This document shows positions 53,676 to 63,769 of a stretch of 64,000 nucleotides of DNA, in pieces. The translations under genes were made by a program, and so were the position numbers. The DNA comes from Candidatus Woesearchaeota archaeon. Its GTDB lineage: Archaea; Nanobdellota; Nanobdellia; Woesearchaeales; ARS49. The stretch is from assembly GCA_016203225.1 (NCBI GenBank), contig JACQNC010000008.1:231-64230 (forward strand), in the 5' to 3' direction. The first letter of the stretch is position 1. Each line of letters starts with the position of its first letter. The notes below the pieces were generated by a model that searched no databases, was not told where the DNA came from, and saw only the letters and a program-made list of their open reading frames with translations.

Positions 53676-55637
53676 ATGAAAAAGATGGTGGGATTGCGAG
53701 CGAACCGTGGCCAGATTACGGTATTCATCATCCTAGGGCTCATCCTCTTGTTCGCGGTCGGTTTCGTCATCTATTACACGACACAGCAGGTCGCGTACCG
53801 CGACGGACAATTCATAGATCGCGAAGCGCAGCCCGTGTACGACTTCGTCGCGTCATGCGCGTCAACCATCGCGGAGGAGGGGATCCGCCTCCAGGGCGCG
53901 CAAGGCGGCTACCTCACGATACCGCGCGACATCGAGCGCACGCCTTCCTCATACGTCCCGATCGATGAGCAAGGCCTGATCAAGGTGCCGTTGTGGCACT
54001 ACGAGGACCAGAGCAGGATCCCAAGCCTCGATCTGATGGAGCGCGACCTCAACGCGTACATCCAGGAATTCCTGCCGAGCTGCATCGACGGCTTCAGCGC
54101 GTTCGCGGAACAATACCCCGTAATCGAACACGACACGCCGAGAGTCACGACCACGATCGGCGACGCGGCCGTCACGATCCGCATCGCGTATCCCGTCACG
54201 ATCCAGCATCCCGACAAGCAGGTCGATGTGCGCGAGTTCGTCGCGCAACCGAGGGTCGACCTCAAGCGGGCCTACGAGCTCGCAGTCAAGGTGATGGAGA
54301 CCGAGAACAGGGACGCGTGGTTCGAGAACCTCACCGTCGATCTCATGACTGCGGATCCCGCGATACCGTTCGACGGGCTCGAGTTTGACTGTTCGCCGAA
54401 GCAGTGGCGTCTCACAGACATCAAGTCCGAGGCGCAGGAACTGATGCGCGTAAACCTGCCTGCCGTGCGTATCGAGAACACCGAGTACGCGCCGTTCCAG
54501 GAGAGCGAGCGCGACTACGCGAACGTGCGCAGGTTCAAGCTCGACGACTTCTTCCTCGGCAGGTTCCCCGCATCATCGCCAGAGGACGCGTACGAGCACA
54601 ACCGCATGCTGCTCGATGTCGGCGTCCCGCAAAGTCAGTTGGCTGCCGCGTTCACCTACGACCCTCGTTGGGGCCTGGACCTCAACGGCCAGCCGAACCG
54701 CGGCGGCGTGCTTTCGAGCAAGCTCACGAAAGGCGCGTCGAGATACCTGAGCTTCCTGTGCACCAACTTCTACCATTTCACGTACGACGTGATCTATCCC
54801 GTGATGCTGACGATCCGCGACCCTGACGCGTTCCTCGGCAAGGGCTTCACGTTCCAGGCCGCGTTCCCCGTCATCATCCACGACAACGAAGGCGCCAGGA
54901 AGAGCTTCGGCTTCCGCGAATTCCGCGGCTTCGAACAAGCGACAGGATTCTGCGAGAACCGCGGTGACCAGGTCGTGGAAGTCCGCGTCTCAGGTCTCGA
55001 GCCCGAGATCGGCGTCGTCGAGCTCGACGGCGCGACAGTTGATTACGAGTGCGTCAACAACCTGTGCACGCTCGGCCAGACTCTCGCGGACAGCGGGTTC
55101 TACAGGCTCGTCACGACCTTGCCGGCCGGCTGCAGCACGCCGTTCATCGTCGCGCACAAGGACGGCTACCTGCCCGTGCGCAAGGCCGTGACAAGCGACA
55201 TCGTAGAGGTCACGCTGCCGCGCCTGCGCGAGATGAACGTCCAGATCGTCAAGCACCCGTATGACTTGAACTCGAAGACGTTCCTGCCGCCGCAACCGCT
55301 CTCGCCGGACAACAACGTCACCGTGTTCCTCAGCCTCGTGAACGGCTCGTACGACCAGTTCGCGAGCTTCCCCGGAGGGAACAACACGCTCGACCTCATA
55401 GACGGCACGGCGACGTATTCGTTGAATGCCGTGCTGACGCTGTTCGACGACCTTGTCGGCGGCTACCAGAACGACAACCTGCGCATCACTGGCAGGGAAT
55501 TGGCGGGCACGGACACGCTCGCGCTGCACGTCGTCGAGGTAGTTCCCGTGCTGCAGACGCAGCAGTATGCGCGCGACGTCTCTTCGTACATCAACACCGG
55601 TGATTACAAGACCTCCCTGAGGCCTGACTTCACATGA
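53676..55637 (+). CDS. Large secreted protein with class III (pilin-type) signal peptide; paralog of 45363
   Basis: ANRG/QITVFIILGLILL; FVASCASTIAEEGIRLQGAQGGYL; FTYDVIYPV. Confidence 0.75.
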   Translation: MKKMVGLRANRGQITVFIILGLILLFAVGFVIYYTTQQVAYRDGQFIDREAQPVYDFVASCASTIAEEGIRLQGAQGGYLTIPRDIERTPSSYVPIDEQGLIKVPLWHYEDQSRIPSLDLMERDLNAYIQEFLPSCIDGFSAFAEQYPVIEHDTPRVTTTIGDAAVTIRIAYPVTIQHPDKQVDVREFVAQPRVDLKRAYELAVKVMETENRDAWFENLTVDLMTADPAIPFDGLEFDCSPKQWRLTDIKSEAQELMRVNLPAVRIENTEYAPFQESERDYANVRRFKLDDFFLGRFPASSPEDAYEHNRMLLDVGVPQSQLAAAFTYDPRWGLDLNGQPNRGGVLSSKLTKGASRYLSFLCTNFYHFTYDVIYPVMLTIRDPDAFLGKGFTFQAAFPVIIHDNEGARKSFGFREFRGFEQATGFCENRGDQVVEVRVSGLEPEIGVVELDGATVDYECVNNLCTLGQTLADSGFYRLVTTLPAGCSTPFIVAHKDGYLPVRKAVTSDIVEVTLPRLREMNVQIVKHPYDLNSKTFLPPQPLSPDNNVTVFLSLVNGSYDQFASFPGGNNTLDLIDGTATYSLNAVLTLFDDLVGGYQNDNLRITGRELAGTDTLALHVVEVVPVLQTQQYARDVSSYINTGDYKTSLRPDFT

Positions 55638-58600
55638 CAAGATCCCAGCACGTACAAACCCAGGCACGATTGACGTCGCTCCAAGACTGCACTGCCCATG
55701 CAGGTTTGAGTAGTCGCTTACGATGTCCGAAATCGCACGACAAACCTGCCTGGGGAGCCAAGCTTTTACTCATCACGCTTGTAGCTGCACTTTTGCTCGT
55801 CACTACTGTCCATGCGCTCTCCATCAGCATCTCGGGGAATCCTGCGAAATCGATCAACACTACCGGTGTGAGGATCGAGTGGAACACGGACGTGGACGCC
55901 ACGACGCGCGTCGATTACGGAACGACCACACAGCTCGGCTCTGTCAAGGAAGACCTCGCGTTCACGAAGTTCCATCGCGTCCAGCTCGACGGACTGCTGC
56001 CCAACACGAAATACTATTTCCAGCTGGTCAGCATCGACCAGTCGGGCGAGTTCAAGATCGCGAACAACAACGGCAACTATTATTTCTTCACGACGAGCCC
56101 TGGTGCCGACGCCAACGCTCCCACGTTCATCGACGTGCGCGCGACGAGCTTCAGCGACACGAGCACGACGTTCAAGTGGAGCACGAACGAGCCCGCGTCG
56201 ACCATCGTGTCGTTCGGCGAGGGCACGCCGACGCAACAGACCGTCGACCAATCGCTCGTGGTCGAGCACGTCGCCACCATCCCTACGCAGGCAGGCAAGC
56301 TCTACGCGTTTGTCGTGGGCGGCTGCGACCAGTTCGAGAACTGCGGCAACGCCTCGGGGATAGAGTTCCTGGCAGGCACGCAGCAAGGCGCGCCGCCGTT
56401 GACCGCCGACGTGCCCGCGAAGGTGCGCCAGAACAAGATCGACATCAAGGGCACGACGCGACCGTTCGCGAAGATCGAGGTCAGCGTCAACAACCTCCTT
56501 CAGAAGACTGATTACGCGGAAGGCAACGGCGCGTTCGAGATCAAGAATCTCATCCTCACGCAGCCCGTGAACAACACGCTCAAGATCGTCGTCACTGACG
56601 CGGCCGGCCAGACGGTCGAGCAGACTTATCCTATAACGATCGACAACACGCCTCCGAACGTGAAAATCCGCGGCATCCCCGCGATCGCGAGCACGACGCC
56701 AATCACCATCTCGGGAAGCACGAACGAGCACGTAACGATAACGCACGAGGTAAAACAGGCGTTCGACACCAACGCGCCGAGCCGCGTCGCGGGTCTCAAG
56801 GGCGAGAAAGTCACGTCCGGCACCGTCGAGCTCGTGTGGACGGAGAACGATGAGGCGGACATCCACGAATACGCGGTCTACCGCAACAGCATCCGCGTCG
56901 CCACGACGCAGCAACCCACCTACACGGACACCGTCGGAGGCGGCACGACCTACCAGTACCGCATCTCGGCGGTCGACACGAGTTGCAACGAAGGGGCACA
57001 GAGTGAGCCGGCGTTCGTGCAGACACCCGCCGGCGAGAAGCGTGGCGAGCCGACCGGTGTCGAGCTCACGTGCAAGCCGCAGAAGCAGACGCTCGAGGCA
57101 TCCGGGGACTTCTCGTTCGCGGTCGACCTGCTCGACGGCAACAACCAGATCCGCATAACCGCGAAGGACGACGCCGGCAACATGGTCGTGTTCCAGAACT
57201 CGACGCGCCTTGACAACCAGGCGCCGCAGTTCCTCGAGGACAACCTCAACAGGCTCTCTCCGACGTACATCCCAGAGGTCACGGTCAAGGGTAAGGTCAG
57301 CGAGAAATCGACGGTGTTCGTGTACGTCAACGACGACTCGAAACCGCAGGCGTTCGAAGTGACCGGTGACGACGGCAGCTTCTCGATAAAGGTCAAGCTC
57401 TCGCGCAGTGCGACGGTGAGCGGCAACGCATCGAAGACGCCCACCGGCGCGGTCGTTGTCGAGACAGGCATCGGCGGCTTCAAGAACAAAATCCGCATCG
57501 AGGCCGTCGACCTCGCGGGACTGAAGACGAGCAAAGGCCCTGTAGACGTGCTGTACACTCTCTGCGGTGAGGGCAGCTGGTTCAAGGTCGACATCGGTGA
57601 AATCTCGCCGTCTGTCGTAACGCCGCGCCTAGTCATCGAGGGCGTGCAGCAGCTCGGGCTCCCGCTCAACATCTCGTACCGCGGCGCGCACAAGGCGGTC
57701 ATCCAGCGCGTCACGGTCAGCCATCTCCTGTTGAGCCCCGAGGAACAGGACAAGTATGACGCTGACTGGGTGCAGCTCAACCCGATGTTCTCGCGCAAGA
57801 ACTGGGGCGCGGGCTACCTGCAGATAGCGTTCAACGCGCAACCTCCTGCCGAGGGCCAGACGACCGCCGACAAGGAAGACGAGATAGCCGAACACCGCAA
57901 GGGCGAGGAGTGCAAGACTCCGGGAGTCGGATGCGCGAGGTTCCTGTTGCAGGTCGAGATCCAGGCGCAGGAGGAGATCCCCAAGCGCTTCTCCGACATC
58001 CGCACCGACACGACCACGGGCAACGTGACCATCGAGCCGATAAGGCAGAAGGTCTGCGTGCCGGTTGAGGTCATGATGGACGTTCCCATCCACCTGAGTG
58101 AGAAGATCCCCAAGAAACTGCTCGAGAGCGCAAGCGCATTCCTGACGTCCACCATCGACGTAATCGATGCCATCCTGAAACCGTTGACCACCATCGGGAC
58201 GTACACGCTATACACTTGTTTCGCCATGACCGCGTGGAACTTCGTCCAGTTCCTTCAGGAGGACATCGCGTGTGGTGGGTCGGTCGTGACGGGATTGCTA
58301 TCCGGTGGTTCGTCGACGTTCGATGTCCGCGTGGCAGAGATCGGTTCGTGCGACAAGGTCTATCCTAAGGACCAGGACTCGTCGAAGAACGACGCGTGCA
58401 ACAAGTGCCAGAAAGCCATCGACAGCCGCGTGAGCTTCGAGGGCACGCTCAGGAAAGTGTGCGACCGAGTCGCCTGTCCGAGCGCGCCGACGTTGCAGAC
58501 GTACATCAACGAGAAACCTTCGCCCGAATTCGTCGCAGGACTGCCCGACAACACCAAGCTCTACAAAGGCAACAGTTGCGGGTTCAAGGGAACCGAAGTC

Positions 58601-61600
58601 ACTGGGTCGGCAGGCGGCGTCAACACGACCGCGACCAAGCTCGGCGGCGATTACACCACGATCAAGCAGACCTACTTCGACTTCTTGACCCACAAGGACG
58701 ATGCGAACAAGAAGAAACAGACAGGCACTCCTCAAGGCACGGCAGCTACGGTGAACTGCGCAGGACTGCATCCCGCTAATTCCCAATGTTGCGGCTTCGA
58801 ATACTATGACGAGTGGGGATCCGCGTGCGGCATCCCTGGCCTTGTTGAGACGTTCGACGAGATCGAGCAGAGCGCGTGCCTCGCAGCTCAAGGCGCCAAC
58901 TCAATCCCTACGTTCGAGAAGGAGGCCAGCACCAAGAAGAAAGGCGCGCCTGTCAAGTGCAATTCTCTGTTCAACTCGTTGGCCGGCTTCTGCGAGAAGG
59001 ACGGCGCGCCTGTCGGCGACACGATCGCGACAGGTATCCATTATGGCGCAGGGGTGGTGCCTCAGAGCAGTTACAGCAACGAGATGTATGTGCGCATAGA
59101 CCCGATACCTGCGAACGATCCGAAACAATACCGCATCACGCGCGGATACGTGCGGCGCACGCTCGTCGAGCGCAAGGCGACCATTGATCAAAAGGACAAG
59201 AACACGGAAGGCCGTTACCTGAACGAGAACCTCGAGTTCACGCAGGATAGCGGTCCCAATTCTGACCTGACAGCCATATTCTCTGATCCGAAGAAAACGC
59301 GTGAGGCTGGTGTTCGCGAGCTTGACGCCGCGCTATGCTCGTGGAATGTCGCGGATGCGCCGACGTGCCACAGCAATGTCGGCGGCCGTTATGACTCGAT
59401 CAAGGGCAAGATAGGCATCACGGACAAGGCGTATATCGTCCGTCCTGACCAGGAAGGCATCCTGCGCAGCGTGCAGTGCGTCTGCCTGCCTGCCGTGACT
59501 TCGTATTTGAGCTTCTGGCGCACGGTGTTGTCGAACGTCAAGACTTGCGTCGACCACATCAGGCTCACGGGTGAAGGGAGTTCGGGCGTGTGCCAGGCCG
59601 TGCTGAGCACGTACGTCTGCGACTTGCTCTACGATCTCCTGCGCTGCTTTGTCCAGAAGTTCGGCGATTCAGGCGAAGGCACGCGCATCGGCTCGAAGGG
59701 TATCGGTGACGTGCTCGGCAGCCTGACGCGCGCAGGCGGCAGGATGCAGCAGAGCGTACAAGGCAGGTATGGCCAGACCGCGTTGTGGAAGACCATGTTC
59801 AACGATCGCAAGATCGTGCATAGCATCTGCGCGTTCGCGTTCACCGGCACGTGGGACCTTAATGTCCAGGGCATCTTCGAGCAGACCGTGCAGGACATCC
59901 CGATCCAGAGCCAAGGCGTGGTCTATCCCGCGGACAGGAGGTATGTCGCGTACAACCCGTTGAGCACGCCGAAGGGACTCGTGACTTGGGTGTACCATTT
60001 CGGCGTCGGCCTCGTGGCCGGCGCGGACCTGCAGTACACGCTCTCGTTGAAGTGCTCGAACAGCCTCCGATGCGAGGAACGTGACGGTTTCAAGGACGGC
60101 AAGTGTGACTGCCTCGGCAGATCGGAGATCGTCACCCCGATCAATCCAGCAGAGCTCGGGACGGGCGATCTGTCAAAGAACGACGTGTTGAACACGGAGA
60201 TCTTCTTCCCAGTCCAGGCAGGCGAACCCGGCTCGGAGATCAGGTACGACACGGCGATACTGGAGTGGGAGTACAAGGACAACAACGGCCAGCTCCAGAA
60301 GGGCAAGGCGGAACAGAAGATCCATCTCACGGGCGGGGACGCGCCGAACTTCTGCAAGCTGCAACTGCTTGACCGGCAATTGTTCCTGTGCCAGTTCGGC
60401 GTCGGCGACTACGCAGGCGTCTCGTTCACCAAGGATCCTGCGCTGAAGAACCCGCCCATACTGCTCGGCAAGCCCATCGATTTCACGCTCGGGCTGAACC
60501 TGTTCGGCAGCTCCGACCCGCGCGCGCAGGGCGGCGCCACGACCGGCATAAACACGAAGTTCCTCATCTACGAATTGAGGAACGGGCTCGGCACGATAAT
60601 CAAGACTAACCGCGATCCGCAAGGCACCAGCGCGCCCATCCCCATCGAGACCGAAGGCGAACACGAGAAGACGGTCACGATAACTCCGGTGACTGACAAG
60701 GACTTCGGTGTCACCAGCCAGCAACAGACGTTGATTGATCGCGTGTCGTTGGAGGACAAGGATCTGAAATCAAACGATCCTCGTCTGTACGCGAAAACAT
60801 TCCTTAATCCCACAACAACGCAGTTTGTCGTGAGGCCGGTTCCGGGCGGGAAGATCGATCTTCTCTTTGTCTTTGTCGGAGGAAACAAGGTCGAAGTGTA
60901 CAAAACCACAAACCAACCGGTTCAGAACGCTCCTCAGAAAGACGCTCAAAATGCCCTGACCGGGGAGTGGGGATACCGCAAAAAAATCGATGGAGATGAC
61001 AACACTGCGAACGGCGTGACCCCATTGAAGACGGTCGATCTGGTAAACAACGTGCTTACGTACACCGACGATAAGGGCGCGTTCATGAGCAATGCCCAAT
61101 TCAAACTCGCATTCACTAAGTTACCTGCGCAGAACGGAGAGATGCGCCTCGACTACACAGAACCCTCGGGCGAAGGAACGCCATGCTCGCACTTCTTGAC
61201 CGCGCCGGACACGTGGAAAGCCACGTTCACGCTGTATGACAGCAAGAAGCCGCAGTACGGCGGCTTCTACGAGCCGAACTTCGACCAGGTCGCGACCGAC
61301 AGCTCTGGAGTCCGGCAGGAACGCACTGTCAGCGTCCAGGCCGTGTGCAACACACAGTATGCGGGACCCGTGAACGTTACGACGGGCGCTCCGGGACTTG
61401 CGCAATTGCGGTTCTGTGATCCGAATCCTGCGCTCAGCCAGCCGAACGCGTGCTATTGCGGCACGTACGCGAACGCGCTAAGAGACCTGCAGCTCGGAAT
61501 CATGAAACACAATTGCGGACCCGCGAACGAGGTGAACCCGGGGAAGAACTATTGCACATATTCGCTAAACAATTTCGAAACGCCGGACGAGTTCGAAGCG

Positions 61601-61999
61601 GCGAATGATCGGGTGTGCTCTTCTGAGAGCCAGAATGTCCCATACGTGAAATCAACAGAGTTCGTAAGGATGATCGATAATGCGTTCACCGCTGACGTCC
61701 TTTCCGTGCCTTACGGCGGGACGATCACGTTGCGCGCGAACCAGACGTACGGCTGGAGGGCAAAACTGGTTTCGTCGACCGCGGTGCGCGTGAAGTCCGG
61801 ATTGCAAGGCGTCCTTTCCCTGGATGAGCAAACTATCGATGCAGGAGAGAAAGATGTCACGTTTGTCGGGCCTGGTGCTTCTGTTCTTACGATATCATTC
61901 CCGGACACGCAACCGCGCAATTACGGTATTTGGGTCGCAGAAGCAAGCGCTCTATCACGAGGTAGCGCATATCCGTTCACAATCAACGTCGTACCCTAA
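55634..61999 (+). CDS. Giant (2121 aa) secreted protein: Fn3/Ig-like repeats plus Cys-rich region
   Basis: Hydrophobic signal KLLLITLVAALLLVTTVHA; W-x-T-x-x...H-x-V-x-L-x-GL-x-PNTKYYF Fn3-like units; many Cys; VCLPAV...WRTV...TCV...VC...YVC. Exact start uncertain. Confidence 0.8.
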   Translation: MTRSQHVQTQARLTSLQDCTAHAGLSSRLRCPKSHDKPAWGAKLLLITLVAALLLVTTVHALSISISGNPAKSINTTGVRIEWNTDVDATTRVDYGTTTQLGSVKEDLAFTKFHRVQLDGLLPNTKYYFQLVSIDQSGEFKIANNNGNYYFFTTSPGADANAPTFIDVRATSFSDTSTTFKWSTNEPASTIVSFGEGTPTQQTVDQSLVVEHVATIPTQAGKLYAFVVGGCDQFENCGNASGIEFLAGTQQGAPPLTADVPAKVRQNKIDIKGTTRPFAKIEVSVNNLLQKTDYAEGNGAFEIKNLILTQPVNNTLKIVVTDAAGQTVEQTYPITIDNTPPNVKIRGIPAIASTTPITISGSTNEHVTITHEVKQAFDTNAPSRVAGLKGEKVTSGTVELVWTENDEADIHEYAVYRNSIRVATTQQPTYTDTVGGGTTYQYRISAVDTSCNEGAQSEPAFVQTPAGEKRGEPTGVELTCKPQKQTLEASGDFSFAVDLLDGNNQIRITAKDDAGNMVVFQNSTRLDNQAPQFLEDNLNRLSPTYIPEVTVKGKVSEKSTVFVYVNDDSKPQAFEVTGDDGSFSIKVKLSRSATVSGNASKTPTGAVVVETGIGGFKNKIRIEAVDLAGLKTSKGPVDVLYTLCGEGSWFKVDIGEISPSVVTPRLVIEGVQQLGLPLNISYRGAHKAVIQRVTVSHLLLSPEEQDKYDADWVQLNPMFSRKNWGAGYLQIAFNAQPPAEGQTTADKEDEIAEHRKGEECKTPGVGCARFLLQVEIQAQEEIPKRFSDIRTDTTTGNVTIEPIRQKVCVPVEVMMDVPIHLSEKIPKKLLESASAFLTSTIDVIDAILKPLTTIGTYTLYTCFAMTAWNFVQFLQEDIACGGSVVTGLLSGGSSTFDVRVAEIGSCDKVYPKDQDSSKNDACNKCQKAIDSRVSFEGTLRKVCDRVACPSAPTLQTYINEKPSPEFVAGLPDNTKLYKGNSCGFKGTEVTGSAGGVNTTATKLGGDYTTIKQTYFDFLTHKDDANKKKQTGTPQGTAATVNCAGLHPANSQCCGFEYYDEWGSACGIPGLVETFDEIEQSACLAAQGANSIPTFEKEASTKKKGAPVKCNSLFNSLAGFCEKDGAPVGDTIATGIHYGAGVVPQSSYSNEMYVRIDPIPANDPKQYRITRGYVRRTLVERKATIDQKDKNTEGRYLNENLEFTQDSGPNSDLTAIFSDPKKTREAGVRELDAALCSWNVADAPTCHSNVGGRYDSIKGKIGITDKAYIVRPDQEGILRSVQCVCLPAVTSYLSFWRTVLSNVKTCVDHIRLTGEGSSGVCQAVLSTYVCDLLYDLLRCFVQKFGDSGEGTRIGSKGIGDVLGSLTRAGGRMQQSVQGRYGQTALWKTMFNDRKIVHSICAFAFTGTWDLNVQGIFEQTVQDIPIQSQGVVYPADRRYVAYNPLSTPKGLVTWVYHFGVGLVAGADLQYTLSLKCSNSLRCEERDGFKDGKCDCLGRSEIVTPINPAELGTGDLSKNDVLNTEIFFPVQAGEPGSEIRYDTAILEWEYKDNNGQLQKGKAEQKIHLTGGDAPNFCKLQLLDRQLFLCQFGVGDYAGVSFTKDPALKNPPILLGKPIDFTLGLNLFGSSDPRAQGGATTGINTKFLIYELRNGLGTIIKTNRDPQGTSAPIPIETEGEHEKTVTITPVTDKDFGVTSQQQTLIDRVSLEDKDLKSNDPRLYAKTFLNPTTTQFVVRPVPGGKIDLLFVFVGGNKVEVYKTTNQPVQNAPQKDAQNALTGEWGYRKKIDGDDNTANGVTPLKTVDLVNNVLTYTDDKGAFMSNAQFKLAFTKLPAQNGEMRLDYTEPSGEGTPCSHFLTAPDTWKATFTLYDSKKPQYGGFYEPNFDQVATDSSGVRQERTVSVQAVCNTQYAGPVNVTTGAPGLAQLRFCDPNPALSQPNACYCGTYANALRDLQLGIMKHNCGPANEVNPGKNYCTYSLNNFETPDEFEAANDRVCSSESQNVPYVKSTEFVRMIDNAFTADVLSVPYGGTITLRANQTYGWRAKLVSSTAVRVKSGLQGVLSLDEQTIDAGEKDVTFVGPGASVLTISFPDTQPRNYGIWVAEASALSRGSAYPFTINVVP

Positions 62000-62000
62000 C

Positions 62001-62792
62001 ATGAAGCAGGCTTTCTTCCGGACGCTTGAAACGATCAAGATGCACTGGTACCTCATCCTTCTCATCGTCGCTCTCGACATCGCGTTCTTGTACGCGTTCG
62101 GCAAGGTATATGCATCCATTTTCCAAACGACTGCGGCGCATCTCGACACGATTAATCAACTCCTGCAGGGCAGCATCGGGCAGTTCACGACGACAAGCGA
62201 TCCAGGCGCACTGAACATCGGGATCGAGCAGTTCAATCAGGAGGTCGCGTTCGTGAAGTTGGGGATCGCGTACATCCTCGGGTATCTCCTACTGTTCTGG
62301 CTGGCGTTCCAAGGCCCGGCGTGGTACATCATCCACAGAATTACGGGCAAACCACGTCTACCGCGGTTCGCGTTGCGCTTTGTGCTCACAACAATAATAG
62401 GATTCGCGGCGTTCGTAGGCATCCTCATCGGAATCGTCGCGTTGTCGTTCAAGACGTTCTCGTCACCGCTGCCATTGATAGGACAGGGCGGGATCAACAC
62501 GCTGGCGGCCATCGCGGTGCTTGCGCTGGCGTATCTCGTGTTCGTCGCGTACGCGTTGCCGGACAATGTTCAGTTCTGGAGGTCGTTCGTCAGGACCGCG
62601 TTCAGGAGGATAACGACGACAGGGCTCGCCTATGTCCTAGTATTGATAGTGCTCGCAGTGCTTTATGCGATAATGATATGGGTGCTTAAACAGAACGTCT
62701 TGGCGGGCTTCGCGTTCGGCGCGATAATCCTGTTGCCTATCTTCGCAGCGCTCCGCGTGTTCTTCGTTGAAAGTATAAAAGAAAAGGATTAA
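62001..62792 (+). CDS. Polytopic membrane protein (about 6 TM); probable paralog of 52720
   Basis: ATG one base after the upstream stop; hydrophobicity pattern. Confidence 0.7.
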   Translation: MKQAFFRTLETIKMHWYLILLIVALDIAFLYAFGKVYASIFQTTAAHLDTINQLLQGSIGQFTTTSDPGALNIGIEQFNQEVAFVKLGIAYILGYLLLFWLAFQGPAWYIIHRITGKPRLPRFALRFVLTTIIGFAAFVGILIGIVALSFKTFSSPLPLIGQGGINTLAAIAVLALAYLVFVAYALPDNVQFWRSFVRTAFRRITTTGLAYVLVLIVLAVLYAIMIWVLKQNVLAGFAFGAIILLPIFAALRVFFVESIKEKD

Positions 62793-63571
62793 GCAGCCGA
62801 ACTATAGACATCCATGATGTCGTCAGGCACCATGGCGATCTTCTTGGGCTTGGGCTTCTTGAGCTCTTCGTCCTTGGCGAGCAGGTCCTTCGGCGTGTAC
62901 CACGTCGGGAGCGCGCCTGCGATGGACATGAACAGCGGCAGGTCCGCATTCGGGTTGGCCATCTCCTGCAGGATCACGCCCTTCTTGGCGAGCTCATGCA
63001 TGACTTTCTTGACGCCCGGCTCGGTCTTGTTGTCCTTGACGACATCCTTGAGGTAGCTGTTGAGTTGCTTCCACTTGTCGGCGTCCGTTCCGAGGTAGGT
63101 CTGGACTTCCTTCTGCGTCTTCTTGAGGTTGCGGTCGCGGAAGCCGTCGACGAAGTCGCCGATGTAGTTCTTGATCATGCCGACACGGAGCGTGCCGTTG
63201 GCTTTCGCGTCCTCGATGAATTCGTCCTTCTTGATGCCGTACATCTGTTCGACCGCGTTCTCGACGAGTTCCTTGCCGTCCTTGGTGGAGAGCAATTCCT
63301 CGAGTTGGCTCGGGTCGGCGTTCTTGAAGAGTGTCTTGCTCGCGAGCGTGCCCTTGACGAGCGTCCAGTAGATGTCTTCGCCCCACTTGTCGCCCTTGTC
63401 CTTGAAGTCGATGCGCTTCGTTTTCGCGTCGCCCTGCTTGTCGATCATGCCATACAGCGATTTGCCGAGCTCGAACTCGAGACGCGAGCCTGCTTCGTCC
63501 TCGATCCGGGCGATCTTGGCCGCCTTCTCGGTGAATTCATGCAATTTCTTGTACGGATGGTCGTCTGCCAT
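62789..63571 (-). CDS. Hypothetical charged helical protein
   Basis: 260-aa ORF with genome-typical codon use and a TATA-like element (~63625) upstream. Confidence 0.7.
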   Translation of the reverse strand: MADDHPYKKLHEFTEKAAKIARIEDEAGSRLEFELGKSLYGMIDKQGDAKTKRIDFKDKGDKWGEDIYWTLVKGTLASKTLFKNADPSQLEELLSTKDGKELVENAVEQMYGIKKDEFIEDAKANGTLRVGMIKNYIGDFVDGFRDRNLKKTQKEVQTYLGTDADKWKQLNSYLKDVVKDNKTEPGVKKVMHELAKKGVILQEMANPNADLPLFMSIAGALPTWYTPKDLLAKDEELKKPKPKKIAMVPDDIMDVYSSAA

Positions 63572-63769
63572 AGTGTGTCTCTTTTATCAGCGTTCGCTGA
63601 TGCCTTATCATAGGCATCGCTTCTATATAAACTTTTCGTTTTTGTTGTCATCGTTAAGTGACAAAATAATCGTCACCAAATGAGGACGTTTCCGTCGAGA
63701 GCGAGTGTGACATAAAAATCACACAAAACCGCCATATTTAAATACTATGAGCGCTTTGTCTCACTTAGA

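Noticed and set aside
26576-56914. Long antisense or overlapping ORFs (e.g. 26576-27568, 39711-40811, 45387-46445, 51259-52302, 52564-53586, 55766-56914)
   Set aside because: Shadow ORFs of GC-rich coding genes; Arg/Ala-rich with no motifs, and they overlap well-supported genes.
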